64,000 nt of DNA from a bacterium (GCA_021817785.1 JAKAFY010000007.1:127-64126), one strand, 5' to 3'. Shown: positions 37,962 through 47,418, counted from the stretch's first letter. Notes: generated by a model not told the origin, from the letters alone. Made by a program: numbers and translations.

Positions 37962-38585
37962 ATGGACGTTCTAACGGCGCTCGTCGTGGGGGGGATTGGT
38001 TTCGGCAGGACCGCTATCGGGCTGGTCACGCGGCCCTATGAAACCTATCGCCGGATAGTCAGCTATAGCAGGATTAGTGAGTTGGTGTTTGTCGGGCTTT
38101 TCGCGGGCATCTATTTTGCGTTTGCAAGCATGGTGAAGGGGGCCGCCTTCCGTCCGTTTCTTTTTACGCGCCAATTTATCGTTTTGTATGCGGCGGCTGC
38201 GGGGGGCTACGGTATCGCCATTGGCTCTCTGTGGTTGGCAGGTGTAGTGCTACGGGCCACGTTTCATCTGCGTGCGCTGTTTCTTGCGTGGGGATATACA
38301 TTACTGCCGACGGTTGCATGGTTTTTGGCAACCTCGCTTCTGTATGTGATCCTTCCTCCTCCGCGGACCACCAGCACGCTGGGTATCGCTTTCAGCATAT
38401 TGTTTTTGATATTTAGCGCGACGCTGTTTTGGTGGAAAATGATGCTGTCCTACCTTACGCTCCGTTTTGTGTTTAAATTTGATTTATCCCGCATCGGGAT
38501 GGCAAGTATGATCGTACTTCCGATTATGGCTGCCTATAGCGTACTCATGTACTACTGGGGCATATTTAAAATTCCGTTTTTATGA
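37962..38585 (+). CDS. Hypothetical polytopic membrane protein. The start is taken at the internal Met of ORF 37803..38585.
   Basis: Five or more hydrophobic helices. Its stop overlaps the HMG-CoA reductase start. Confidence 0.3.
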   Translation: MDVLTALVVGGIGFGRTAIGLVTRPYETYRRIVSYSRISELVFVGLFAGIYFAFASMVKGAAFRPFLFTRQFIVLYAAAAGGYGIAIGSLWLAGVVLRATFHLRALFLAWGYTLLPTVAWFLATSLLYVILPPPRTTSTLGIAFSILFLIFSATLFWWKMMLSYLTLRFVFKFDLSRIGMASMIVLPIMAAYSVLMYYWGIFKIPFL

Positions 38586-39748
38586 ACATACGCCAATATA
38601 CAAGTATTGCCGATCGCAGAAACGCGTTAGAAAAAATGACGGGGACATCGTTTTCCCACATCGGATCATATTCGCTGGATGAAAAAACAGCCTCATCCAG
38701 GCATTGTGAAAATATGATTGGGGTGACCCAGGTGCCGATGGGAGTTGCGGGCCCGCTTTATATAACTCATGTATCGGGGAATACCGGTCATGAATATTAT
38801 ATCCCGCTGTCTACGACAGAAGGGGCGTTAGTTGCGTCCGTCAATCGCGGCTGTAAAGCAATTACCGAATGCGGTGGCGCGGTTACAGACAGTCACGCCG
38901 TGGGAGCGACACGGGGACCGGTGTTTAGAGTAAAAAACCTTCAAGAAAGCCGCCGTCTGTATGAATATGTAAAGACGCATAAACGTGCGCTTGAAGAGGT
39001 GGCATCAAAAACGTCGCATCATTTAACGCTCCATAATATATTGACGCGCGGAGTAGGTCGATATCGATATATCCGGTTTGTGTTTGATACGCAGGATGCC
39101 ATGGGAATGAACATGGTCACGATAGCCTCTGAGGCAATCGCTGCATACATAGAGCGAGAAACCGGCATAGCGTGCCTTGCCGTCGCGGGCAATTTTGATA
39201 TTGATAAAAAACCGGCGTGGTTAAACTTTATTGAAAATCGGGGAACAAAAGCATGGGCAGAAGTTACCATCCCGAAGCATATCCTGAAGAACGTGCTTAA
39301 AACGACGGCACGGGACATATATGACGTGTGGCTTGCCAAATGCATGATTGGAAGTGCTATGAGCGGATCCATGGGATTTAATGCGCAGTACGCCAACATC
39401 GTGGCCGCCATGTTTTTGGCAACCGGCCAGGACCTGGGGCATATTGGCGAGGGAAGCATGGGAATAACAACTGCGGAGGTGGTCGATAATCATGATCTGT
39501 ATATCAGCGTGTATCTGCCGGATCTCATGGTGGGCACCGTGGGCGGGGGGACTGCGCTTGCAACACAAGAAGAGGCGCTACGCCTCTTGGGAATTGCCGG
39601 CGGCAAAGACGGGAGTCATGCGGCTGTATTTGCCGAAATTATCGGAGCCGCTGTGTTGGCCGGGGAAATCTCACTGCTCGCGTCCCTTTCTCAGGGGACA
39701 TTGGCAAAAGCCCATGAAGTTTTGGCCCGAGGAGGGAAACGCCCATGA
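38582..39748 (+). CDS. Hydroxymethylglutaryl-CoA reductase (class I-like, archaeal/eukaryotic-type catalytic domain).
   Basis: 'DAMGMNMVT' HMGR signature, plus 'GTVGGGT'. ~388 aa. Confidence 0.85.
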   Translation: MNIRQYTSIADRRNALEKMTGTSFSHIGSYSLDEKTASSRHCENMIGVTQVPMGVAGPLYITHVSGNTGHEYYIPLSTTEGALVASVNRGCKAITECGGAVTDSHAVGATRGPVFRVKNLQESRRLYEYVKTHKRALEEVASKTSHHLTLHNILTRGVGRYRYIRFVFDTQDAMGMNMVTIASEAIAAYIERETGIACLAVAGNFDIDKKPAWLNFIENRGTKAWAEVTIPKHILKNVLKTTARDIYDVWLAKCMIGSAMSGSMGFNAQYANIVAAMFLATGQDLGHIGEGSMGITTAEVVDNHDLYISVYLPDLMVGTVGGGTALATQEEALRLLGIAGGKDGSHAAVFAEIIGAAVLAGEISLLASLSQGTLAKAHEVLARGGKRP

Positions 39749-40788
39749 TCGGTATCGTTTCCTACGGAACATATATCCCGTGGTATCGGCTAAAACTAGC
39801 TGACGTTGCGGCGGTGTGGAAAAAAGATCATCGCGAAATTATCCCGTCACTGGGGGTCGAAGAAAAAGCGGTTCCCGCGTCGGATGAAGACGCCGTAACA
39901 ATTGCCCTAGAAGCGGCACGGCAGAGCCTTACTGATTTTCCCGGGGCGTCGACGGATATCGATGTGTTGTTTGTAGGAAGCGAAAGCCATCCGTATGCGG
40001 TAAACCCCACCTCAACGATTGTGGGCGAGCTGCTTGGCATGGGCCACCATTATTTGGCTGCCGACATGGAATTTGCGTGTAAAGCGGGAACCGCCGGCAT
40101 GGTCGCCATAGCCGGTATGGTTGCTGCAGGACACGCACGGTATGGATTGGCAATTGGTGCCGATACGGCGCAAAGCAAGCCGCATGACGCGCTGGAATAT
40201 ACCTCGGCGGCAGCTGGCGCTGCATATCTTTTGGGAAGCGAACATATCGCCGTGCGGCTCCTTGGAGATACGTCGTATTCTTCTGACACTCCCGATTTTT
40301 GGCGTCGTGACGGAATACGGTATCCCTCACATGCAGGCAGATTTACCGGGGAACCTGCATATTTTACCCACGTGATGGGTGCGGCGACCCGCATGCTGGA
40401 AATGACCAATATGAAACCGTCTGACTTCGATTGGTGCGTATTCCACATGCCAAACGGTAAATTTCCCCGGGCCGCAGCAAAACGGTTAGGGTTCACCGCT
40501 TCCCAGCTTGCGCCGTCGCTTACGGTGGATTCCATAGGGAATCCGTACTCTGCCTCTGCAATGTTGGGGCTAGCTGCGGTGCTTGATGTAGCCAAGCCGG
40601 GCCAGAAGATTTTTATGGTGTCGTATGGGTCCGGTGCCGGAAGCGATGCGTTTGTGTGGGAGACGACGGAAGAGTTAGTCAAACGTCAAAAGGTAAAAGT
40701 AAAAAATAACGCATTGGTACGGCAACAAATCGAGAATAAAACATATATCAGTTATGTTCAATATTTAAAACAGACACACAAAATTTAA
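39745..40788 (+). CDS. Hydroxymethylglutaryl-CoA synthase, archaeal type.
   Basis: 'MIGIVSYGTYIPWYRL' is the typical archaeal-type HMGS N-terminus. Thiolase-fold length ~347 aa. Confidence 0.85.
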   Translation: MIGIVSYGTYIPWYRLKLADVAAVWKKDHREIIPSLGVEEKAVPASDEDAVTIALEAARQSLTDFPGASTDIDVLFVGSESHPYAVNPTSTIVGELLGMGHHYLAADMEFACKAGTAGMVAIAGMVAAGHARYGLAIGADTAQSKPHDALEYTSAAAGAAYLLGSEHIAVRLLGDTSYSSDTPDFWRRDGIRYPSHAGRFTGEPAYFTHVMGAATRMLEMTNMKPSDFDWCVFHMPNGKFPRAAAKRLGFTASQLAPSLTVDSIGNPYSASAMLGLAAVLDVAKPGQKIFMVSYGSGAGSDAFVWETTEELVKRQKVKVKNNALVRQQIENKTYISYVQYLKQTHKI

Positions 40789-40823
40789 AGAATGCAGGGT
40801 GAGAGATGGGGGCTCGTACAGCG

Positions 40824-40862
40824 CTCTAAACTCTAAACTCTAAACTCTAAACTCTAAACTCT
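40824..40862. repeat. Heptanucleotide tandem repeat (CTCTAAA)x5.6 immediately abutting the thiolase start codon.
   Basis: Read directly from the sequence: gcgCTCTAAACTCTAAACTCTAAACTCTAAACTCTAAACTCTatg. Confidence 0.9.
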
Positions 40863-42002
40863 ATGCATATTTATGTAACCGGTGCCGCGACAACAAAATT
40901 TGGAGAGCTATGGAGCGCATCTCCTCGGGGGCTTGCTCGGCAAGCGGTGTTCGGTGCGTTAAAGGATGCCGGGCTTGAAGCGAAACGCGTACAGGCACTT
41001 TTCGTCGGCAACATGCTTTCCGGGATGCTTGGCGGGCAGGAGCACCTGGGAGCATTTTTTGCCGAAGAGCTGGGACTTACGGTTCCTGCTTTTAAAATAG
41101 AAGGCGCGTGTGCGTCCGGCGGGTTGGCCGTACATAATGCGGTTAACAGCCTCTTAAGCGGTCAGTATGAGACGGTCGTCGTGCTCGGCATAGAAAAAAT
41201 GACAGATCATAAACCTGAGGACGTCGCAACGGCGTTAATGGGTGCAGGAAGCGAAGATGAGCGGTTGGCCGGCGCTACGTTTCCCGGACTCTATGCCATG
41301 ATAGCGAGGGCACATATGCAACAGTTTGGCACGACAGAAGAAGACATGGCAGCAGTTGCGGTTAAAAATCATTATCATGCGACGCTTAACCCCAACGCAC
41401 AGTTCCATGCCGAAATAACCGTCGAAGCGGTTATGAAAAGCAGTAAAATTGCGGACCCCTTAAAATTATTGGACTGTTCGCCTATTTCGGACGGGGCCGC
41501 AGCTATTGTGCTGAGTACAAAACGATCTCCCCACAGCGTCGAGGTCGCAGCATCCGTGGTTGCAACTGATACATTGGGACTTGCACAGAGAAAAAGCCTT
41601 ACGCAACTTGCCGCAACGAAGCAAGCTGCGCAAAAAGCCTATACATTGGCCGGGATACTCCCCGAAGACGTCGACGCCTCCGAAGTTCATGATTGTTTTA
41701 CTATTGCAGAAATACTAGCCGCGGAAGACCTGGGTTTTTTTGCAAAAGGGAACGCGGCAGCGGCGATTAGGAAAGGGAAAACAACACTGGGTACATCAAC
41801 GGGTGTTGTCTTAAATCCCTCCGGAGGACTCAAGGGGTGCGGACATCCCGTGGGGGCCACAGGAGTGAAGCAAATCGCCGAATTGGTAGAACAACTGCGC
41901 GGAAACGCCGGGAAACGACAAGTACACGATGCCCGGGTGGGATTGGCACACAATGTCGGCGGTAGCGGAGCGACAGCGGTTATACATATTTTAAAAACAT
42001 AA
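40863..42002 (+). CDS. Acetyl-CoA acetyltransferase (thiolase), archaeal-type. Partner of HMGS/DUF35.
   Basis: 'MHIYVTGAATTKFGE' N-terminus. Catalytic-Cys context 'EGACASGG'. C-terminal 'GHPVGATG'. Confidence 0.85.
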   Translation: MHIYVTGAATTKFGELWSASPRGLARQAVFGALKDAGLEAKRVQALFVGNMLSGMLGGQEHLGAFFAEELGLTVPAFKIEGACASGGLAVHNAVNSLLSGQYETVVVLGIEKMTDHKPEDVATALMGAGSEDERLAGATFPGLYAMIARAHMQQFGTTEEDMAAVAVKNHYHATLNPNAQFHAEITVEAVMKSSKIADPLKLLDCSPISDGAAAIVLSTKRSPHSVEVAASVVATDTLGLAQRKSLTQLAATKQAAQKAYTLAGILPEDVDASEVHDCFTIAEILAAEDLGFFAKGNAAAAIRKGKTTLGTSTGVVLNPSGGLKGCGHPVGATGVKQIAELVEQLRGNAGKRQVHDARVGLAHNVGGSGATAVIHILKT

Positions 42003-42120
42003 TATGCCAGGTAGTAGAGTTTCGACACGCTATTTTCATTGCGCATCGAATAGATTACCTGAACATATAGAATAGGTATGAAAAGAAAGGAGATCGAAAT
42101 TTTCACCGCGTAAAAACGCA

Positions 42121-42444
42121 ATGGTCGAAATTTCACTACCTGGTATGCAAAGTCCGGTCAAAATTTGGCGGAATCAGAAGAATATTGCGCAACTTCTCGG
42201 GAAAACCGGAACAATCGTTTCGTGGACGCTCATCCGCGTGCCGCCCGGCGACTTTATGGACCAGGCACCGTACCCTGTGGTATTAGCGGAGTTAGAAGAC
42301 GGAAAACGCATAGAGGCGCAATTGGTGGATTGGAAAGACACACATCTTGCATTCGGTACAAAGGTAAAAACAGTTATCCGCTGCGTCATGCGTCCGGATG
42401 CTGATGGAGTGATACCCTATGGCATAAAAGTGAAACCCATTTAG
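42121..42444 (+). CDS. DUF35 OB-fold protein (scaffold of the thiolase/HMG-CoA synthase complex).
   Basis: 107-aa OB-fold-type sequence directly downstream of the thiolase, as in archaeal operons. 'VSWTLIRVPPG...VVLAELEDGKRIEAQL'. Confidence 0.55.
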   Translation: MVEISLPGMQSPVKIWRNQKNIAQLLGKTGTIVSWTLIRVPPGDFMDQAPYPVVLAELEDGKRIEAQLVDWKDTHLAFGTKVKTVIRCVMRPDADGVIPYGIKVKPI

Positions 42445-42479
42445 GGTTTCATCCCGAGTTTATCGCAGGATCTTACTTT

Positions 42480-43421
42480 ATGAAAAAAGTTACCGTTTCC
42501 GTTCCGGGAAAAATCCATCTCATGGGCGAACATGCCGTCGTGTATGGCAAGCCGGCATTGTTATCTGCTATAGATTTGCGGCTTTCTGTATCCATAGAGC
42601 CTTCCGAAACCTTTGAAATTATTTCCAGTGAGCCAACGGATCATGCGAAGTATGCCGTAGATTTTTTGTTAGACCACATGAAAGTAAAAAAGGATCCATT
42701 GGTGAAAATTACGATCGAATCGGAAATTCCCGCAGGGTTTCACCTCGGCTCCTCCGCGGCGGTCGCCGTAGGGTTATCCGGAGCGATGACATATTTTTTC
42801 AAAAACTTATGGAACCCCATACGGATCAATGAATTGGCGTATCAAATCGAAAAAAAGCAGCACGGCAACCCATCCGGCGGTGATAACACGACCATAACCA
42901 TGGGCGGATTTATCTGGTTCCGGAAGGAATTGGAATTTTTGAAAAGCATCTGGCAGCTTCCATTTAAACCCCACCCGTCGCTTAACCATTTTTTCCTTAT
43001 CAAAACCAAACGCCCATCCGAAACGACCGGAGAAATGGTGGCGCTCGTACGTGCGCGATACACAAAAGAACAAAAGAAAATGGAAGCGCTTTTCAATCGT
43101 AATGAAACTCAGGTGAAGCGGGTGGCTGTTGCCCTGAAAGAGGGAAATGAAAAGGAACTCCTCGACGCGATTCAGGTAGGCGAGTCAACCCTGGAGGGTA
43201 TGGGGGTGGTAAGCCAAATAGTGCAGTCGCTTATTCGTGAAATTGAAAAGAGCGGGGGTGCGGCAAAAATATTAGGAGGCGGGGGAGTGAAAGACGGAGT
43301 AGGGTTTTTATTGTGCTACCATCATGAACCAAAGCGCATCGCTGCATTGTGTAAAGCGCATGAATACACAACGCAATCAATTATTCTTGGCGAAGAAGGG
43401 ATTCGTCTGGAACAACGATGA
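42480..43421 (+). CDS. Mevalonate kinase (GHMP kinase).
   Basis: 'PGKIHLMGEHAVVYGKPAL' plus the GHMP ATP motif 'GFHLGSSAAVAVG'. Confidence 0.75.
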   Translation: MKKVTVSVPGKIHLMGEHAVVYGKPALLSAIDLRLSVSIEPSETFEIISSEPTDHAKYAVDFLLDHMKVKKDPLVKITIESEIPAGFHLGSSAAVAVGLSGAMTYFFKNLWNPIRINELAYQIEKKQHGNPSGGDNTTITMGGFIWFRKELEFLKSIWQLPFKPHPSLNHFFLIKTKRPSETTGEMVALVRARYTKEQKKMEALFNRNETQVKRVAVALKEGNEKELLDAIQVGESTLEGMGVVSQIVQSLIREIEKSGGAAKILGGGGVKDGVGFLLCYHHEPKRIAALCKAHEYTTQSIILGEEGIRLEQR

Positions 43422-44887
43422 ACATTACCGTCTCAGCTCCGGGAAAACTTATGATATTTGGCGAGCACGCCGTCGTGTATGACCGGCCGTGTCTGGTGAC
43501 CGCGGTTGATCAGCGCATGCGGGCCACGGTCGAACTTACAGATGATAACGCATTTCATCTCGATGCTCCCGAGGTCAATGTCTCGGGGTATAAGCGGCCG
43601 ATGACAGAGTTAGGAACAGGGGATATACCCAAAGGCGCAAAATTTGTGGAAATCGCAGTCAAAAATTTTATTGAAAAATATCCTTTTTCCTCCGGAATAC
43701 AGATCGTCACCGCTTCAGATTTTTCTTCCCTATTCGGATTCGGGTCGTCGTCTGCTTCAACAGTGTGTGTGCTGAAAGCACTCTCGGAGCTTACCGGAAA
43801 AATACTGGACAACAAGGCGTTATTTGACCTCGCCTACAAAACCGTGTTGGATGTGCAGGGAAAAGGATCCGGATTTGATGTGGCAGCGGCAATCTACGGC
43901 GGGACACTCTATTTTGTAACGGGAGGAAACATCATAGAGCCCTTGCAGGTTGACACGATGCCGCTCGTAATCGGATACACCGGGGTAAAAGCAGACACGG
44001 TAACGCTCATGACGGCTGTTGCAGAAAAAATGAAGGCGCAGCCGGAACGGGTGGGCAGGATTTATGACGCGATTGCCAAACTTACGGAAGAGGCAAAAAC
44101 AAAACTATTGGAAGGAGACTGGGAACGGGTAGGAAGACTTATGGACTTTAACCAGGATTATCTTCGTGATGTGGGAGTCAGCTCGGAAATCTTAGAAGCA
44201 CTTATATCGGCAGCAAAGTCGGCCGGAGCGTTTGGCGCGAAATTGTCAGGAGCAGGGGGAGGGGATTGTATGATTTCCGTAACGCCGGACCACAGCAGGC
44301 CGAACGTGGAAGCGGCGATTGAAGCGGCTGGTGGACAAGTTATCCACATAGCAGCAAATGCCCCCGGCGTGCGCGTTGAGACCGATGACCAAAACGAACT
44401 ATTTGTCGTTGTCGACGAAAACGATCATGTCGTGGGACATAAAACGCGTCAGGAATGCAATCATAATCCGGCCCTGATTCACCGGGCGGTTGAATTACTG
44501 ATTTTTGATTCACACGGACGGGTCTTGTTGCAGAAACGCAGCATGACCAAAGATACGCGGCCGGGCTTTTGGTCAACGTCTGTTGGTGGACACGTCGGAA
44601 AAGATGAATCATATGAAACGGCGATGCGGCGGGAACTTCAGGAAGAATTGGGAATACAGATTCCTATTGTCTACGTCAGTAAACAAATCGTGCATTTTAC
44701 AGAGGAAACTGAGATGGAAGCATTATTTACGGCCACATACGACGGACCATTCCACACCAATCCGCAGGAAATGGATGAGGTAAAATTTTTTGATAAACGG
44801 GAAATTGTATTCGGACTCGCAACAAATAAACTCCAGCTGACAGAAGCGGCACTGCAAAATCTGAAAACGATGGGAGTATTGTCATGA
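43418..44887 (+). CDS. Fusion protein: N-terminal GHMP kinase (phosphomevalonate-kinase-like) fused to a C-terminal type-1 (Nudix) isopentenyl-diphosphate isomerase.
   Basis: N-terminus 'PGKLMIFGEHAVVYDRPCL' and 'GFGSSSASTV' (GHMP). C-terminus 'HRAVELLIFDSHGRVLLQKRS...WSTSVGGHVGKDESYETAMRRELQEELGI' (Nudix/IDI-1 box). Confidence 0.7.
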   Translation: MNITVSAPGKLMIFGEHAVVYDRPCLVTAVDQRMRATVELTDDNAFHLDAPEVNVSGYKRPMTELGTGDIPKGAKFVEIAVKNFIEKYPFSSGIQIVTASDFSSLFGFGSSSASTVCVLKALSELTGKILDNKALFDLAYKTVLDVQGKGSGFDVAAAIYGGTLYFVTGGNIIEPLQVDTMPLVIGYTGVKADTVTLMTAVAEKMKAQPERVGRIYDAIAKLTEEAKTKLLEGDWERVGRLMDFNQDYLRDVGVSSEILEALISAAKSAGAFGAKLSGAGGGDCMISVTPDHSRPNVEAAIEAAGGQVIHIAANAPGVRVETDDQNELFVVVDENDHVVGHKTRQECNHNPALIHRAVELLIFDSHGRVLLQKRSMTKDTRPGFWSTSVGGHVGKDESYETAMRRELQEELGIQIPIVYVSKQIVHFTEETEMEALFTATYDGPFHTNPQEMDEVKFFDKREIVFGLATNKLQLTEAALQNLKTMGVLS

Positions 44888-45864
44888 AAGCAACGGCTGT
44901 GGCTCCCGCAAACATAGCATTTATTAAATATTGGGGCAGGACCGATGCGGCGCTACGTTTGCCGGCAAACGCGTCTATATCCATGAACCTGTCCGCATCT
45001 ATTACTACGACGACGGTGGAATTTTCTGATGCATTGTCCCAAGACACTATCGAATTATTAGAGCCGGGAGGGTTTAGTGAGAAAGAAATACGGCGCGTTG
45101 TACGTCAGTTAGATGTTGTACGAAACAAAGCGCGTACTCGGGTATTTGCCCGTGTGGCGACCAAAAATACATTTCCGAAATCAACGGGTGCCGCATCTTC
45201 GGCATCCGGATTTGCAGCGCTTACGGTTGCTGCCGCGTCTGCCCTAGGATTATCCCTATCGGAAAAAGAGTTGACCATTCTTGCGCGCGTGGGGAGCGGG
45301 TCTGCCTGCAGGAGTATTCCGGATGGATTTGTAAAATGGGAGGGGGGAGATAGTGCGTCATCATTCGCCCACTCCCTGTATCCTGCTTCATACTGGGATA
45401 TTCGTGATGTTTTGGCGATTGTCGGCAGTACCGGAAAAGATGTTTCTTCAACTGCCGGTCACGATTCTGTGCGTACCAGCCCATATTTTTTACGCAGATT
45501 AGACGCAGTAGCCGGAAGAATCACGCGTATAGAACAGGCACTGAAGGATAAAAATTTTCAGATGCTCGGAACGGTTATTGAAGAAGATTGTCTGGATATG
45601 CATCACGTGATGCAGACCCAGGTGCCGCCGCTTCTCTATTGGAGTGACGCCACACGCATGCTTATGGACGCGGTCCGGAATTGGCGCACAAACGGAATTC
45701 CCGTATACTTTACCATTGATGCCGGTCCGAATGTGCACCTTATTTGCGAAGGGAAGGATGAGGACAGGGTTCTTGACGCTATAAAAGCCGTAAGCGGGGT
45801 AGAAAATGTGATTTTAAACAAGCCAGCGGGGGGCGCAAGAATTAGTACCAAACACCTATTTTAG
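44884..45864 (+). CDS. Diphosphomevalonate decarboxylase.
   Basis: 'APANIAFIKYWGR' MVD N-terminal signature. 'GSGSACRS'. ~326 aa. Confidence 0.85.
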   Translation: MKATAVAPANIAFIKYWGRTDAALRLPANASISMNLSASITTTTVEFSDALSQDTIELLEPGGFSEKEIRRVVRQLDVVRNKARTRVFARVATKNTFPKSTGAASSASGFAALTVAAASALGLSLSEKELTILARVGSGSACRSIPDGFVKWEGGDSASSFAHSLYPASYWDIRDVLAIVGSTGKDVSSTAGHDSVRTSPYFLRRLDAVAGRITRIEQALKDKNFQMLGTVIEEDCLDMHHVMQTQVPPLLYWSDATRMLMDAVRNWRTNGIPVYFTIDAGPNVHLICEGKDEDRVLDAIKAVSGVENVILNKPAGGARISTKHLF

Positions 45865-45898
45865 GTGATCTAGGATACCTAGGTTACCTAAGTGACCT

Positions 45899-46582
45899 AT
45901 GAAAAAGATAAACATACCTCAGCATATAGCCATCATCATGGATGGAAACCGTCGCTGGGCCAAAGAACACGGTTTATCCGTGCTCGCGGGGCATCAGAAG
46001 GTCGCAGATGAGGTGTTGGAGCCATTAGTGGAGCATGCGGCCGTCCGCGGGGTTCACTATCTAACGTTTTGGGCATTTTCTACGGAAAACTGGAAGCGGA
46101 ATGCCGCAGAAGTCGAAGGTATCATGCGGATTTTCCGCCACGTCATCCGTAAGCGGTGGGCAAGGTTGCATGAAAAAGGCGTGCGGGTGCGGGTCATCGG
46201 GGACGTATCAAAATTCGCTCCCGATATACAGGAATCTCTCCGAAAAGTAACAGAACAAACAAAAGATAACAAAAAAATTACAGCGGTATTCGCGTTAAAT
46301 TACGGAGGGCGAAATGAAATTCTCCGTGCCATACAACAGATCGCACATCCGGAAGCACTTACGGAAGAAGATTTTTCCGGACTTCTCGATACGTCCGGCA
46401 TACCGGATCCGGATTTGATTATCAGAACGAGCGGGGAACAGCGATTATCCGGATTTTTGCCCTGGCAGGGGGTGTATAGCGAATTATATTTTCCGCCGTT
46501 TCATATGCCGGATTTCACACCGGAACGGTTAGATGAAGCGATACTGGAATACCAACAGCGGCAGCGCCGGTTTGGAAAATAG
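45899..46582 (+). CDS. uppS: Undecaprenyl diphosphate synthase (cis-prenyltransferase).
   Basis: 'HIAIIMDGNRRWAKE' and 'YLTFWAFSTENWKR' cis-IPPS motifs. Confidence 0.9.
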   Translation: MKKINIPQHIAIIMDGNRRWAKEHGLSVLAGHQKVADEVLEPLVEHAAVRGVHYLTFWAFSTENWKRNAAEVEGIMRIFRHVIRKRWARLHEKGVRVRVIGDVSKFAPDIQESLRKVTEQTKDNKKITAVFALNYGGRNEILRAIQQIAHPEALTEEDFSGLLDTSGIPDPDLIIRTSGEQRLSGFLPWQGVYSELYFPPFHMPDFTPERLDEAILEYQQRQRRFGK

Positions 46583-46918
46583 TTATTGGCCGAAGATCGC
46601 GCCAATGCTGCTTTGCCAGCCGAAGATTATCCCTGCAATCTGCACGATCCAGAACGCGGCGAATATGATAAGGAATCCAATGATCGCATTGGTCAGAGTA
46701 GCCTTTCCCTTTTCCATTTTTTTTGGGTCCCCGGCTGAGGTCATAAGCGTAAATCCGCTTGCGATAATCATCAGAAGGAGTCCTATCCCGGCAAATCCGA
46801 AGATGTATGAAAGCGACTGGCCGATGATGGTTCCGATAGTGGCATTTGCAAACGCAAAATTTTGTGGTCCCTGGATAGTATAATCACCAATAGAAAAAGA
46901 TTGCGCGAGTAATTTCAT
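46583..46918 (-). CDS. VirB2/TrbC-like pilin paralog 7 (remote copy).
   Basis: Core 'SGFTLMTSAGDPKKMEKGKATLTNAIIGFLIIFAAFWIVQIAG'. N-terminal 'MKLLAQS'. Confidence 0.5.
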   Translation of the reverse strand: MKLLAQSFSIGDYTIQGPQNFAFANATIGTIIGQSLSYIFGFAGIGLLLMIIASGFTLMTSAGDPKKMEKGKATLTNAIIGFLIIFAAFWIVQIAGIIFGWQSSIGAIFGQ

Positions 46919-47418
46919 AGCCCAGATTTCCCCCCGCCAAATCCCGGCAGAGTTAATATGTCAACTCCGATGAGTTTGAGGAGAAATACCGAAAAAATGA
47001 TAAGAAGCAATCCGGAAATTGCAGCAGTCATAAGTTCTTTGGCGGCGTGCAGCTTTTCCGGATTGCCGGTACTGGTAATTGTCTGAAATCCTGAAAATAA
47101 AATAAGCAAAAACGCAACACCGCCCCCTATGCTCGTACCAATTTGGATAAACGACTGAAGAAAGTCGTTGAGTGATGAACCCGTGCCGCCGCCTCTACCA
47201 AGACAGCCCACCGCGGTCCACGCGCCGCCCGAGTTAAAACAGCCAGTGCAATCGCTTTGAGCGGATCCAGAGAGAGATTTACACGTATTTTGGCCCACCG
47301 AGGTTGGAGCGTCCGCCAAAACATTTAAAGCAGTAAATGTCTCATGCATGGCAGGCAAGCCCAAAAAAAGGCCCAAGCTGAAAAAAAATAAATATAGCGA
47401 CAGAACAGCCCGTTTCAT
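46915..47418 (-). CDS. Pilin-like protein with a signal peptide and a Cys-rich N-terminal extension (paralog 8; possible minor/tip pilin). The start is taken at the internal Met (MKRAVL...) of ORF 46915..47496.
   Basis: Signal peptide 'MKRAVLSLYLFFFSLGLFLGLPAM'. Four Cys in 'CKSLSGSAQSDCTGCFNSGGAWTAVGC'. C-terminal core 'SGFQTITSTGNPEKLHAAKELMTAAISGLLLIIF'. Confidence 0.45.
   Translation of the reverse strand: MKRAVLSLYLFFFSLGLFLGLPAMHETFTALNVLADAPTSVGQNTCKSLSGSAQSDCTGCFNSGGAWTAVGCLGRGGGTGSSLNDFLQSFIQIGTSIGGGVAFLLILFSGFQTITSTGNPEKLHAAKELMTAAISGLLLIIFSVFLLKLIGVDILTLPGFGGGKSGL

Noticed and set aside
40801-40870. Possible CRISPR-like repeat.
   Set aside because: It is a simple contiguous heptamer microsatellite with no spacers, so it is not a CRISPR array. 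No CRISPR-type repeat-spacer structure was seen anywhere in the window.
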